Source: Acidimicrobiia bacterium (lineage in GTDB: Bacteria; Actinomycetota; Acidimicrobiia; Acidimicrobiales; JANYDT01). Taken from it: DNA of 64,000 nucleotides. A program made the translations under genes and the position numbers. The notes under the pieces were generated by a model, which saw only the letters and a list, made by a program, of their open reading frames with translations, was not told the DNA's origin and did no database searches. Location of the stretch: the NCBI GenBank assembly GCA_031418035.1, contig JANOWU010000038.1, positions 217-64,216 on the forward strand. The letters run 5' to 3'. Shown here in pieces: positions 39,841-51,872 of this stretch (its first letter is position 1; every line of letters starts with the position of its first letter).

Positions 39841-40818
39841 ATGAGTCAGCTCCGTCTTGATCCGCTTACCGGACGTTGGGTAGCAATCAATGCCGAACGT
39901 CGCCAGCGACCCAACGAGTACACCGTTCGGACTCTGGAGGTCGAAACTGACCCGGGTCGCCCGTGCCCGTTCTGCCCTGGCCGCGCCGAGACCGAGCCTC
40001 CGACCCTCGTGACCCCCGGACCCGACGGTTCATGGCGTGTGCTGGTGGTGCCGAACCTTTATCCCGCCTTCGAGGGCCGTGACCCGATGGTGGTCGAGCA
40101 TCTGGGGCCGATCTTCACCCAGGCCGACGCCTCGGGAATCCATGAGGTTCTGGTGGTCCACCCGGAGCACAAAGCCAGCTGGGCGGACCTTTCCGACGAA
40201 CAGGCGACGTTGGTCATGCAAGCGATCGCCGCACGCGCCGACTGCCACTCCGGGATGTCCGAGCTTCGCTACAGCCAGGCCATCGTGAATTACGGCCGAG
40301 AGGCCGGAGCATCGCTTTCCCACCCTCACGGTCAACTCCTCGGTCTGCCGTTCGTGCCGGGAGAGATTCAGGCGGAGCAGGCTGGCTTCGATCGTTTCTC
40401 GGGTGCCTGTCTCCTGTGCACGACGATCGAGGCGGAGCTCGACGCCGGCGCGCGCATCGTGTACGCCGACGACCGTGTGCTGGTGATTTGCCCGTACTGG
40501 AGTGGCACCCCGTTCGAGCTTCTGGCCATCCCGTTGCAACACGGCGCACACCTCCACACGGCAGACTCGGCCGATCTCGGGGCCGTCGGGATCGGGTTGC
40601 GCAATGGGTTGGCAAGCCTCCGTGCTGTTCTCGGTGACGTTGCATACAACGTGGTCATGCACTCGGCGCCCTATCGTGCGCAAGGTACGTATCACTGGCA
40701 CGCTCACGTCTATCCGAAGGTGACAACACGGGCCGGTTTCGAACTTGGCACCGGCGTGAACATCAACGTCGTACCTCCCGAGGAAGCCGCCGTCATCCTG
40801 GCTGGCGCTCGGGTCTAG
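39841..40818 (+). CDS. galT: galactose-1-phosphate uridylyltransferase-family (GalT/HIT) nucleotidyltransferase
   Basis: Zn motif CPFCPG and active-site SHPHGQL (HxHxQ). Adjacent to glycogen genes, so the true substrate may be an ADP- or UDP-hexose. Confidence 0.75.
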   Translation: MSQLRLDPLTGRWVAINAERRQRPNEYTVRTLEVETDPGRPCPFCPGRAETEPPTLVTPGPDGSWRVLVVPNLYPAFEGRDPMVVEHLGPIFTQADASGIHEVLVVHPEHKASWADLSDEQATLVMQAIAARADCHSGMSELRYSQAIVNYGREAGASLSHPHGQLLGLPFVPGEIQAEQAGFDRFSGACLLCTTIEAELDAGARIVYADDRVLVICPYWSGTPFELLAIPLQHGAHLHTADSADLGAVGIGLRNGLASLRAVLGDVAYNVVMHSAPYRAQGTYHWHAHVYPKVTTRAGFELGTGVNINVVPPEEAAVILAGARV

Positions 40819-40844
40819 CGTTCGTTTTCGAACCCGGCCTCTGA

Positions 40845-42842
40845 GTGGTTCGCGAGCTTCCGCCCCCGTTTGGTTTGCGGTGGACTCCCGATTCCGGGGC
40901 TCGCATCGCGGTGCCGGTAGGTCCTTCGGCGACGGCCGTCGAGTTGTGTCTTGAAGACGGGGACGGGTCGCCGGTACGCCGGATTCCGTTGACCGAACGA
41001 CTCGGATCGACCTGGTGGGCGTCGGTGGATGCGAAGCCGGGAGACCGTTACGGCATCCGGGTTCATGGGCCGGACCACGATCCGTCGAAACTGCTTCTCG
41101 ATCCGTGGGCTTTGGCGATCGACGGCGACGTGAACTGGCTGTCGGACCCGCAGGCATTGCGGTTCGGGAGCGGAACCGACAGCGCAGCGTTCGTGCCCCG
41201 GGGCATCGTCGTCGATCAGCGCTTTGACTGGGGAAACTCCGGCCGGCCGCGAACTCCGTGGGCCGAGACCGTCATATACGAAGCACACGTACGAGGTTCG
41301 ACGCTTCTTCACCCTGGTGTTGATCCGCATCTGCGGGGAACCTATGCGGGCTTAGCGCATCCGGCATTCGTGGCTCATCTGAAAAAGGTCGGAGTGACGG
41401 CAATCGAACTGTTGCCGATTCACCACTCCACCAGCGAAGAGCGATTGGCCGGACTCGGCCTCACCAACTACTGGGGATACAACACGCTTGGATATCTTGC
41501 CCCCCACCAGGCGTATTCCTCGGACCCGCACAATGCGGTCGATGAATGCAAGGGCATGGTGAAGCTATTGCACGAGGCGGGCATCGAAGTGATTCTCGAC
41601 GTGGTGTACAACCACACGTGTGAGGCTGGTCCTCTCGGTGCGGCGTTGTCTTGGCGTGGCCTCGATCCTCACGGGTGGTACCGCGACGCTGATGTGACGG
41701 GTTGTGGGAACACACTTGATCTGTCCAAGATAAGTGCGCTTACGTTAACTCTCGATTCGTTGCGCTACTGGGTCGAAGAGTTTCAGATCGACGGCTTTCG
41801 CTTCGACCTGGCGCCCGCCCTCGGTCGCGGTCCATCTGGAGAGTTCAGCACCAGGAGCGCGTTCATGATGGCCGTGGCGTCGGATCCCGTCGTATCGTCG
41901 GTGAAGCTCATTGCCGAGCCGTGGGACGTTGGCCCCGGTGGCTATCAGGTCGGACAATTCGGCGTCCCGTGGGCGGAATGGAACGACCGCTACCGCGACT
42001 TCATGCGTGAGCGCTGGTTGGGCGAAGGCACTCTTGGAGCGATGGCCCGCCACCTCACCGGCGGTCCGGATCTGTTCTACGACTCCGGGCGGCGGCCCTG
42101 GGCGTCGGTCAACTTCATTACGGCGCACGATGGATTCACGCTTCAAGATCTCGTCAGCTACAACGACAAGCACAACGAGGCCAACCGCGAAGACAACCGC
42201 GACGGGACGAGCAACAACCGGTCGTGGAACCATGGCATCGAAGGCGTCACCGACGATGACGAGATCGCTCTGTCGCGACAGCGAACCGTCCGGGTGATGC
42301 TGACGACGCTTCTGCTCAGCCTTGGCACACCGATGCTCGTCGCTGGTGACGAGATGGGCCGAACGCAACAGGGCAACAACAACGCATACTGTCAGGACAA
42401 CGAGATCAGTTGGATCGATTGGGACTCTGCCGATCATGAGCTTCTCGAGTTCACGGCCCGGGTCGTTGCGTTTCGTCGGTCTCGTAGGGCGCTCCAGCGA
42501 GATCAATGGCTCACGCCGGTCCAGGGGGAATGGTTTGCCCCCGATGGCGCCCCCATGCCGTTCGATAGATGGGATGCTACGTCTACATACGGGATGGCTT
42601 TATTGATCATCGGGTCCGACGTCGGCGAACCTGACCTTCTCATCCTGTTCAACGATTCGTCGGACTCGACGACGTTCACGCTCCCGCACCTTGAACGCGC
42701 CTGGCACTACGTTTTCACCTCCGACCTCGTCGATCCACCGGCGCTCGTCGCAAGCGCGGTCGAACTGCGCGGGCGCACCATCGCGGTGTTCGAATCGAGC
42801 AAATCAACGACGGCGACGGTTGGCCAGCAATCGCAAGGGTGA
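40845..42842 (+). CDS. glgX: glycogen debranching enzyme
   Basis: GH13 blocks VILDVVYNH, DGFRFDLA, AEPWD and FITAHDGF, with a CBM48-like N-terminus. Confidence 0.9.
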   Translation: MVRELPPPFGLRWTPDSGARIAVPVGPSATAVELCLEDGDGSPVRRIPLTERLGSTWWASVDAKPGDRYGIRVHGPDHDPSKLLLDPWALAIDGDVNWLSDPQALRFGSGTDSAAFVPRGIVVDQRFDWGNSGRPRTPWAETVIYEAHVRGSTLLHPGVDPHLRGTYAGLAHPAFVAHLKKVGVTAIELLPIHHSTSEERLAGLGLTNYWGYNTLGYLAPHQAYSSDPHNAVDECKGMVKLLHEAGIEVILDVVYNHTCEAGPLGAALSWRGLDPHGWYRDADVTGCGNTLDLSKISALTLTLDSLRYWVEEFQIDGFRFDLAPALGRGPSGEFSTRSAFMMAVASDPVVSSVKLIAEPWDVGPGGYQVGQFGVPWAEWNDRYRDFMRERWLGEGTLGAMARHLTGGPDLFYDSGRRPWASVNFITAHDGFTLQDLVSYNDKHNEANREDNRDGTSNNRSWNHGIEGVTDDDEIALSRQRTVRVMLTTLLLSLGTPMLVAGDEMGRTQQGNNNAYCQDNEISWIDWDSADHELLEFTARVVAFRRSRRALQRDQWLTPVQGEWFAPDGAPMPFDRWDATSTYGMALLIIGSDVGEPDLLILFNDSSDSTTFTLPHLERAWHYVFTSDLVDPPALVASAVELRGRTIAVFESSKSTTATVGQQSQG

Positions 42843-42847
42843 GATAG

Positions 42848-44026
<1,179 letters not shown>

Positions 44027-44102
44027 TTTCGATTTCTCGCATACTCCAGCGCTGGAGAACCGACGTCATGCTATGTATGCATAACATGTGAGGGCGGTCG
44101 GG

Positions 44103-45935
44103 TCAGGTGTCCTGAACGAACCACAACACGGCGATCGGTGGCAATGTCAGCGAAACACGTCCGAGGGCATCAGCGTCGATCTCGCCGACATTGCCGACGT
44201 TGCTTCCGCCGAACACCTCGGCGTCGGTGTTGAGTACCTCCCGCCATTTTCCACCGCGTGGCAGGGTGACTTCATAGCCGTATCGCACCACCGGAGAGAA
44301 GTTTGCAATACACACGACGGGCGGGGCAGTTGGTTCGCTGGCCCAGCGCACGAACGCCAACACATTGGCGTGTGCGTCGTGGTGAAGCCACCCGAAACCT
44401 TCCGGTGAGAAATCCTTTTCGTAGAGCGCTCGATGGTCGGCCTGGACTCGATTGCACGACGCAACGAGATCCGAGATCGCCCGATGAGCCTTTTGCTCCG
44501 AAACTTCCCAATCGAGGGGGTGGTCGGCGTTCCACTCGCCGGGCTGTCCGAACTCCGAGCCCATGAACAACAGCTGCTTGCCGGGGTGCGCCCACATCCA
44601 GCCGTACAGGGAGCGAAGGTTGGCCCGCTTTTGCCAATCGTCTCCGGGCATCTTCGCCAACAACGAGCCCTTGCCGTGTACTACTTCGTCGTGACTTAGC
44701 GGTAGCAGGAAGTTCTCTGTGTACGCATACAAAAGGCCGAAGGTCAGCGAGTCGTGATGGTACTGACGATAAATCGGGTCTTGCGAAAAGTATTCGAGTG
44801 TGTCGTGCATCCAACCCATGTTCCACTTGAATCCGAACCCGAGCCCGCCACCATCGGTAGGGCGCGATACACCCGGCCATGCCGTCGACTCTTCGGCAAT
44901 CATGAGAACGCCCGGATGGACTCCATGAACCTCACGATTCAGTTCTTGGAGGAACGCAACCGATTCGAGGTTTTCACGTCCGCCCAAATGGTTGGGGATC
45001 CACTGACCTTCCTCACGCGAGTAGTCGAGGTACAGCATCGACGCAACCGCATCGACTCGCAGCCCGTCGATATGGAACTCGCTGAACCAATAGAGCGCGT
45101 TGCTGATCAAGAAGTTCCGAACCTCGTTGCGGCCCAGGTTGAAGATGAAGGTGCCCCAGTCCGGATGTTCGCCCTGGCGCGGGTCGGCGTGTTCGTAGAG
45201 CGCGGTGCCGTCGAAGTGTCCGAGTGAAAACTCATCCTTCGGAAAGTGCGCAGGGACCCAGTCGAGGATCACCCCGATGCCGTGCGCATGGCAGTAGTCG
45301 ACGAACCATCGAAAATCATCGGGCGACCCGAATCGACTCGTCGGTGCGTAGTAGCTGCTCACCTGGTAGCCCCACGAGCCGCCAAAGGGGTGCTCGGCAA
45401 TGGGCAGGAGTTCGATGTGGGTGAAACCCAACTGCGTCACATAGGCCACGAGTTCAACGGCGAGTGACCGATAGTCGCCGTCACGCCATGAGCCCAGGTG
45501 CACTTCATAGATGGACATCTGCGATGTCCACGGGTTTGCCGCACTGCGTTGGGCGACCCATGCCGTGTCTGACCACGAAAATGTCGAGTTCGCCACGACG
45601 ACACTCGCTGTGCGCGGCGGTACCTCTGCACGAAAGGCCATCGGGTCGGCCTTCTCGGACGTGCGTCCTTGGTTGTCGGTGACCGCAAACTTGTAGAGAT
45701 CGCCGACGCCAGCACGGACCGATCCGGCCCAGACGCCCGTGGTGCCCACAGGGGTCAGTGGATTGGCCCCATGATCAAAATGATTGAACGAACCAATGAC
45801 CGACACCCTGGTTGCGCTCGGTGCCCACACCGAAAAATCGACCCGGTCCTCCGTGCCTACGTGTGCGCCGAGATGTTTCCAGAGGTGATAAAGGCGACCT
45901 TCGTTGAAAAGATGCTGGCAGTCTGGGTCCATCAT
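44103..45935 (-). CDS. glgB: 1,4-alpha-glucan branching enzyme (short form)
   Basis: GH13 blocks [24 protein letters not shown] and LSHDEV. Confidence 0.9.
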   Translation of the reverse strand: MMDPDCQHLFNEGRLYHLWKHLGAHVGTEDRVDFSVWAPSATRVSVIGSFNHFDHGANPLTPVGTTGVWAGSVRAGVGDLYKFAVTDNQGRTSEKADPMAFRAEVPPRTASVVVANSTFSWSDTAWVAQRSAANPWTSQMSIYEVHLGSWRDGDYRSLAVELVAYVTQLGFTHIELLPIAEHPFGGSWGYQVSSYYAPTSRFGSPDDFRWFVDYCHAHGIGVILDWVPAHFPKDEFSLGHFDGTALYEHADPRQGEHPDWGTFIFNLGRNEVRNFLISNALYWFSEFHIDGLRVDAVASMLYLDYSREEGQWIPNHLGGRENLESVAFLQELNREVHGVHPGVLMIAEESTAWPGVSRPTDGGGLGFGFKWNMGWMHDTLEYFSQDPIYRQYHHDSLTFGLLYAYTENFLLPLSHDEVVHGKGSLLAKMPGDDWQKRANLRSLYGWMWAHPGKQLLFMGSEFGQPGEWNADHPLDWEVSEQKAHRAISDLVASCNRVQADHRALYEKDFSPEGFGWLHHDAHANVLAFVRWASEPTAPPVVCIANFSPVVRYGYEVTLPRGGKWREVLNTDAEVFGGSNVGNVGEIDADALGRVSLTLPPIAVLWFVQDT

Positions 45936-45938
45936 CGA

Positions 45939-47357
45939 CTACGGAAGCGGCGGCTTCGGCGTGGTCGTTGTCGTCGTAGTGGTCGTGGTGGTCGTCGATG
46001 TGGTCGTTGTGGTCGTTGTGGTCGTCGACGTCGTGGTGCTTGTTGTTGTTGTTGGCGGGTTTGTGGTCGTTGTGGTCGTCGTGGTTGTCGTCGGCGGCGT
46101 CGTACTCGTTGTCGACGGCGGCGGGTTCGTCGTAGATGTCGTAGACGTTGTGGTGGTCGTGGTTGTTGGAGGATCGGTCGTGGTCGTGGTCGTCGGCGGC
46201 TCGGTCGTGGTCGTGGTCGTCGTGGGCTGCTTCGTCGTGGTCGGCGGCTTCGTCGTTGTCGTCGTCGGCTGCTTCGTCGTGGTCGGCGGCTTCGTCGTTG
46301 TCGTCGTTGTCGTTGTGGGCTGCTTGGTCGTCGTGTCAGGCGGATCGGTCGTAGTCGTCGGCGGTTCAGTCGTCGTTGTTGTCGTCGTTGCCTTGACCGT
46401 GGTCGTGGTTGCCTTGACCGTGGTCGTCGTCGCCTTGCTCGTCGTTGACGGCTGGTCGGTGGTGGTCGTGATTTGTCGAGTGGTCGACGGTTCCTCGATC
46501 ACGGTCGTGTTCTTCGTGCTTGTCGGCGCTTCGGTATTGCCGACGTCAACGCGTGAAACGGGACGTGTGGTCACATCCGAAGGCGACGAGGGCTTGCGGG
46601 TGGTATCGGGAATCGTGGTGATCGGGGGACCAACGGTCGGGGCAACGGTCTTCTTCGTGGTCGCCGTAACCGTGACCGCAGGCGGAACTGTGGGTGCGTT
46701 CGCAGTGGTGCCCGGGGCTTTGGATGTCGTCGTCGTCCCAACGAGACTTGCGAGCGCAGGCGGCGTCTCGCGTAGCGATTTCAAGATCAGCCGTTGTACG
46801 TCCTTACGCGCCAGAGCCGTGGTGGTCGGACCAGACTTCGTTGTGACCGTGGGCTTCGTGGTGGGAGCGAGCTTCGATGTCGGCGCGTTCGGGCCGACCG
46901 GACCGGCGGGAACTGGAGCTTTTCCGGCGCCGGTCGACGAACCAGCACCCGACGCAACAGCACCGACGGGTGTCTTCGTAGACGACGGTTTTTGGGTAGA
47001 CGGTTTCTGGGTAGACGGTTGCTGCGTAGACGGATTCTGGGTAGACGGTTCTTCGGAATCGACCGATGACGGGAGTGTTTCGGGCACAGCCACGTCTTCG
47101 GGGTCACTGAGGACCAGCGGGTCATCAGCAACGGAGTCTGGTGTTGGCGATGTCGGGACCGCAGTCGTGGACGTCGCGACGACCACTTCACCGAGCACCT
47201 CTACTTTTGGCGCCGAACGCAGGAGAACTTTGGGCAGGAACACAAGTTCTACGGCCAGTGCAAGAAGGAGAAGAATCCCCAGCAACCTCCGGCGGTCGGA
47301 CCCAAATGACTTCACCAATGAAGCTTGGCACAGTTTTCGTCGTTTTTTCACAATCAA
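45939..47357 (-). CDS. membrane-anchored poly-Thr/Pro low-complexity (mucin-like) protein
   Basis: N-terminal basic stretch plus TM (RRLLGILLLLALAVELVF), then 400+ aa of T/P/K/S repeats (PSTQK x4, KATTTTV x3, KPPTTTKQPTTTT x2-3). Its stop is 3 nt from the glgB start. The strand choice over the mirror V/G ORF is an inference. Confidence 0.55.
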   Translation of the reverse strand: MIVKKRRKLCQASLVKSFGSDRRRLLGILLLLALAVELVFLPKVLLRSAPKVEVLGEVVVATSTTAVPTSPTPDSVADDPLVLSDPEDVAVPETLPSSVDSEEPSTQNPSTQQPSTQKPSTQKPSSTKTPVGAVASGAGSSTGAGKAPVPAGPVGPNAPTSKLAPTTKPTVTTKSGPTTTALARKDVQRLILKSLRETPPALASLVGTTTTSKAPGTTANAPTVPPAVTVTATTKKTVAPTVGPPITTIPDTTRKPSSPSDVTTRPVSRVDVGNTEAPTSTKNTTVIEEPSTTRQITTTTDQPSTTSKATTTTVKATTTTVKATTTTTTTEPPTTTTDPPDTTTKQPTTTTTTTTKPPTTTKQPTTTTTKPPTTTKQPTTTTTTTEPPTTTTTTDPPTTTTTTTSTTSTTNPPPSTTSTTPPTTTTTTTTTTNPPTTTTSTTTSTTTTTTTTTSTTTTTTTTTTTTPKPPLP

Positions 47358-47440
47358 CCACCTTGTGTGGCCACGCGGACGCGTTCGGTGAACATTCCGT
47401 GGGGTCGCATCGTGGTGCTGAAAGCGCTTTCTAGGAATCG

Positions 47441-50008
47441 ATGCCCGGACGGACTAGCGTTTTCGTCGTGAAGGCCATTCGAAGTTTTACCGTCCGCACC
47501 GAACTACCCGCCAAGTTGTCGGCGCTCCAGGAGATTGCGACGAATCTTCGATGGTCGTGGGACGACCGGGCCCGACGGCTGTTTCGCTGGGTCGACGCCG
47601 ACCTTTGGGAGAGCGTCGACCATGATCCCGTTCGGCTTCTCGGCGAGGTATCGCCCGATCGACTCGTGGAGCTCGCCGAAGATCCGTCGTTCATGGGGTT
47701 TCTCGACGAAATGCACGACGATTTGCGGCGATACCTCGAATCACCGGGCTGGTTGCAGCTTCGCGGCGAGACACCGTTGCGAGCCGTTGCCTATTTCTCG
47801 CCCGAGTTCGGCATCAGCGAGGCGCTGCCGCAATACTCCGGCGGTCTCGGCGTTCTCGCCGGCGACCACCTGAAGGCGGCGAGTGGACTCGGTCTTCCCC
47901 TGACCGGCATCGGCCTGTTCTACCGGCAGGGATACTTTCGCCAAACGTTCACCCGGGATGGGTATCAACAGGAGCAGTATCCCGTCCTCGACCCGTTCAC
48001 GATGGCGCTCACGTCGGTGAAGGACGCCTCGGGCGCCGATGTTCTGGTCTCCGTCGACCTTGCCGGGGTCCCGCTCGTCGCTCGAATCTGGCGAGCCAAC
48101 GTCGGGCGGATCACGCTGTACCTCCTCGACGCTGACATCGACCACAATGACACCGAAGGCCGAAAGGTCACCGACCGTCTGTACGGCGGTGGGGAAGAGC
48201 AACGAATTCGTCAGGAAATCTTGTTGGGAATCGGCGGCGTGCGTGCACTGGCGGCGACGTCGACGACCACTCAGGTGTTCCATACCAACGAAGGTCATGC
48301 CGGCTTCCTCGGGTTGGAGCGAATCCGGGTCTTCATGACGCAACACGGCCTGTCCTTCGCTGAAGCGATCGAGGCGACGCGCTCGGGGACGGTCTTCACG
48401 ACGCACACCCCAGTGCCGGCGGGAATCGACCGCTTCCCGCGTGCCCTCATGGAGAAGTACTTCTCGGGCTGGTGCGCCGAAGTCGGGATCTCCATGGACG
48501 AGTTCATGTCACTCGGCCACGAGCCAGGCGACGCCAACGACGCACCGTTCAACATGGCGGTGATGGGTCTTCGTCTCGCCGGTCAGGCCAACGGAGTTTC
48601 CAAGCTGCACGGCCGGGTGAGTCGCGACATGTTCTCGAATCTGTGGCCCGGTGTCCCGACGGACGAGGTCCCGATCGGGTCGGTGACCAATGGTGTCCAT
48701 GCTCGAACCTGGACCGCCTTCCAATTCGGCGAACTGTATTCGCGCTATGTGCTCCCCGAGTGGCCCGAGGCCGGACCGGACCGCTGGGCCCGCATTCACG
48801 ACTGCCCCGACGACGTGCTCTGGAAGGTCAAGGAGGAGACACGCTCGCGCATGATCTCGTTCGTACGTCAACGTTCGCGAGCAGCCGCCGAGGCGCGAGG
48901 ACTCTCCGGCGCCGACCTTTCCTGGTGTGACCGTGTCCTGGACCCAGCAGTACTCACCGTGGGTTTCTCGCGTCGCTTTGCCACGTATAAACGAGCGACC
49001 CTTCTGCTGTCGGACCCGGAGCGATTCAAACGCCTCCTGCTCGACCCCGACCGCCCGGTGCAGTTCGTCTTCGCCGGCAAGGCTCACCCCGCCGATCAAC
49101 TCGGCAAGGAGTTGATCAAGCAGATCATCAACTTCTCTGCGGATCCGGCCGTACGACACCGCATTCTCCTCGTGGAGAACTACGACATCGGCGTCGCACG
49201 GATGCTGTACATGGGGAGCGACGTCTGGCTGAACAACCCCCGCCGCCCAATGGAGGCCTGTGGAACGTCGGGTGAGAAGGCAACGCTCAACGGCGCCCTG
49301 AACCTGTCGATCCTCGACGGATGGTGGGACGAGATGGCTATCGCCGCGAAACCTGGCACAGCGTCGAATGGCTGGTCGATACCCTCGGCTGAGTCGGCGG
49401 CCACGACCGAAGAACGCGATCGCTCCGAAGCTGAAGCGTTGTTCGAACTCCTTGAGAAGGAGGTCGTCCCGTTGTTCTACGACCGACCGGAAGGGGTCGT
49501 TCCTCGCCGGTGGGTCTTCAAGATGAAGACGTCGCTGGCCACGCTCGGACATCAGGTGATGGCATCTCGCATGGTGAAGGACTACACCACAGACTTCTAC
49601 GAGCCGGCAGCGCGTCGGGCCGACCTCATGAACGTCGACGAGGCGCGAACGCTTGCCGAGTGGAAGCAACGTGTACGTAGTAGTTGGTCAGACGTGAAAA
49701 TCGCCGACATTCAGTTCGAAGGCGACGAGGTGGCCGACGTCGGCGAAACGCATTCTGTAAGTGCGCATATTGAACTGGGGTCCATCGCGACGCAAGACGC
49801 GTGCGTCGAGTTGATCCATGGAACGGTGGGGCTCAACGACGAACTCAGCGATACCTCGATTACGACGATGGTCCCGACCGGAGATGGTCGATTCCGCGGT
49901 GAGTGGACATCACGGCGAAACGGTCGCAACGGATTCACGATCCGCGTGGTGCCCACGCACCCGCAGGTCGCACATTGGGCCGAGGTGGGCGTCGTTACCT
50001 GGGCCTGA
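47441..50008 (+). CDS. glgP: alpha-glucan phosphorylase (GlgP family, long bacterial/archaeal type)
   Basis: 855 aa. YSGGLGVLAGDHLK, HTNEGHAGF and PLP-Lys context EACGTSGEKATLNGAL. Confidence 0.9.
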   Translation: MPGRTSVFVVKAIRSFTVRTELPAKLSALQEIATNLRWSWDDRARRLFRWVDADLWESVDHDPVRLLGEVSPDRLVELAEDPSFMGFLDEMHDDLRRYLESPGWLQLRGETPLRAVAYFSPEFGISEALPQYSGGLGVLAGDHLKAASGLGLPLTGIGLFYRQGYFRQTFTRDGYQQEQYPVLDPFTMALTSVKDASGADVLVSVDLAGVPLVARIWRANVGRITLYLLDADIDHNDTEGRKVTDRLYGGGEEQRIRQEILLGIGGVRALAATSTTTQVFHTNEGHAGFLGLERIRVFMTQHGLSFAEAIEATRSGTVFTTHTPVPAGIDRFPRALMEKYFSGWCAEVGISMDEFMSLGHEPGDANDAPFNMAVMGLRLAGQANGVSKLHGRVSRDMFSNLWPGVPTDEVPIGSVTNGVHARTWTAFQFGELYSRYVLPEWPEAGPDRWARIHDCPDDVLWKVKEETRSRMISFVRQRSRAAAEARGLSGADLSWCDRVLDPAVLTVGFSRRFATYKRATLLLSDPERFKRLLLDPDRPVQFVFAGKAHPADQLGKELIKQIINFSADPAVRHRILLVENYDIGVARMLYMGSDVWLNNPRRPMEACGTSGEKATLNGALNLSILDGWWDEMAIAAKPGTASNGWSIPSAESAATTEERDRSEAEALFELLEKEVVPLFYDRPEGVVPRRWVFKMKTSLATLGHQVMASRMVKDYTTDFYEPAARRADLMNVDEARTLAEWKQRVRSSWSDVKIADIQFEGDEVADVGETHSVSAHIELGSIATQDACVELIHGTVGLNDELSDTSITTMVPTGDGRFRGEWTSRRNGRNGFTIRVVPTHPQVAHWAEVGVVTWA

Positions 50009-50032
50009 TCGGCCCAGGAGCCTGCACTGGTA

Positions 50033-50839
50033 TTACTCGCCGGTGAACTCGGCTTTGCCGGGGCCGTTGGCGAGGAAACTGGCGATTCCGATCTGGCTGT
50101 CCTTCGTACGAAACGACGCTACAAACATGTCTTGTTCGATGCCGAGTCCTTCCGACAGCGAACCGCTCAGGCCGACGTCGATTGCGCGCTTCGCGTATGC
50201 CTGCACGGTCAACGGACCGGCAGCAAACTCTCGCGCCCATGCCAGCGCAGCGTCGAGCAATTCTGCGGTCGGAACCACTCGATCGGCGAGACCGATGCGG
50301 AGGGCCTCATCGGCTTTGACCTGCCTTCCGGAGAGCGAGATGTCTTTGGCCCTCGACACGCCGACCAATCGAGCGAGACGTTGTGTGCCACCGGCACCGG
50401 GGATGATCCCGAGCAGGATCTCGGGCTGGCCGAAGGTCGCATTGTCGGCGGCGATCCGCAGATCACAGGCCATTGCGAGTTCGCAGCCACCGCCGAGGGC
50501 GTACCCGGCCACGGCGGCAATGACGACACGAGGCAACGCGGCGAGAGCATCGTAGGCACGCCGGAGTTGCGCTCCGATGAATCGAGCTTCGTCGGGTCCG
50601 CCGAAGCGCGCGATATCGGCGCCGGCCGCGAAGATTCGCTCGCCGCCGTAGACCAACACAGCACCGGGAAGGTCCGCGGAGAGTTCGTCGACGCAGGCGA
50701 GTAGGTCGGCGGTCAACTCCGGTGAAATCGCGTTTACCTTCGGACGCTCCAATCGAAGCACGGCGACACTTCGAGGGCTCTTGCCGTCGGGCCACTCGAT
50801 ACGGACGAAAGGCGTGCGTGCTTCGGCGGCGTCAGTCAT
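50033..50839 (-). CDS. enoyl-CoA hydratase/isomerase (crotonase) family protein
   Basis: AAVAGYALGGGCELAMACDLRIA and the overall crotonase pattern. Confidence 0.85.
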   Translation of the reverse strand: MTDAAEARTPFVRIEWPDGKSPRSVAVLRLERPKVNAISPELTADLLACVDELSADLPGAVLVYGGERIFAAGADIARFGGPDEARFIGAQLRRAYDALAALPRVVIAAVAGYALGGGCELAMACDLRIAADNATFGQPEILLGIIPGAGGTQRLARLVGVSRAKDISLSGRQVKADEALRIGLADRVVPTAELLDAALAWAREFAAGPLTVQAYAKRAIDVGLSGSLSEGLGIEQDMFVASFRTKDSQIGIASFLANGPGKAEFTGE

Positions 50840-50887
50840 CTCGCCAAGGTAGCCCGAGTTGGCGCCGCCGGGCGAAATGGATCAGCG

Positions 50888-51841
50888 CTACGGGGCGTGC
50901 TTTAGCAGCGACGCAGCGGCGCTTCGCGGATCGATCCGGCGGGCGATCACATCGGCGATGAGCGACTCGAATCGCTGCTCGCCTTCGCCCGACAGCACAC
51001 GCGATTCCACGATCCTCGACATGGTCGCCAACACCTCGGCGCGCAGTCGTCGTTCACGACGCTTCTGGAGCGTCCCGTCGCTGGCCACGCGTGTGCGGTG
51101 TTGGGCAATCGTGGACCACAGTTCGTCGACCCCGTCACCGGTGGCGGCGATCGTGCGCAGCACCGGCGGTCGCCAGTCGTCGTGATCGAACGACGAGAGA
51201 TCCATCATGCCTTCGAGGTCGCGTTGGGTTTCCGCAACGCCCTTGCGGTCTGCCTTGTTGATCACGAAGATGTCGGCTATCTCCATGATGCCGGCCTTGT
51301 TCGCCTGCACGGAGTCGCCCCAGCCCGGATTCACCACGACGACCGTTGTGTCGGCGGCGCCGGCGATCTCCACCTCCACCTGACCAACGCCGACCGTTTC
51401 GATGAGCACCCACGGAAAGCCTGCGGCGTCGAGCACTCGAACCGCCTCCGGCGCGGCCAGCGCGAGGCCCCCGAGATGCCCACGGGTGGCCATGGAGCGG
51501 ATGAACACCCCCTCGTCGGTGAAATGGTCGCCCATGCGGACGCGATCGCCCAGGATCGCGCCTCCCGTGTACGGCGACGACGGGTCGATCGCAAGAACGG
51601 CGACTTCGCTGCCCGCCTTGCGTGCACAGCCGATGAGCTGGTCGGTGAGCGTTGATTTGCCGGCGCCGGGTGAACCGGTGATACCGACCGAGTAGGCCTG
51701 GCCACCGTTAGGCCAAACAAGTGACGACGCCTGTTGCGCCAGCGGTCCTCCCTCTTCGACGATCGACAAGAGCCGGGCGAGTGAGGTTCGATTACCCGCG
51801 ACAGCGGCTTCAACGAGTTCTACGGGGTTCCGGCGGCGCAC
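50888..51841 (-). CDS. meaB: methylmalonyl-CoA mutase-associated G3E GTPase MeaB/ArgK
   Basis: P-loop GSPGAGKST, ETVGVGQ and NKAD. Confidence 0.85.
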   Translation of the reverse strand: MRRRNPVELVEAAVAGNRTSLARLLSIVEEGGPLAQQASSLVWPNGGQAYSVGITGSPGAGKSTLTDQLIGCARKAGSEVAVLAIDPSSPYTGGAILGDRVRMGDHFTDEGVFIRSMATRGHLGGLALAAPEAVRVLDAAGFPWVLIETVGVGQVEVEIAGAADTTVVVVNPGWGDSVQANKAGIMEIADIFVINKADRKGVAETQRDLEGMMDLSSFDHDDWRPPVLRTIAATGDGVDELWSTIAQHRTRVASDGTLQKRRERRLRAEVLATMSRIVESRVLSGEGEQRFESLIADVIARRIDPRSAAASLLKHAP

Positions 51842-51872
51842 AGTTCGAAGACATTACTGCCGGAGCCGCCGC

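Noticed and set aside
45904-47391. 495-aa plus-strand Val/Gly-rich ORF
   Set aside because: It mirrors the minus-strand poly-Thr ORF and has no start context, TM segment or domain. The minus-strand ORF has an N-terminal TM anchor and abuts the glgB start. Strand assignment is still not proven.
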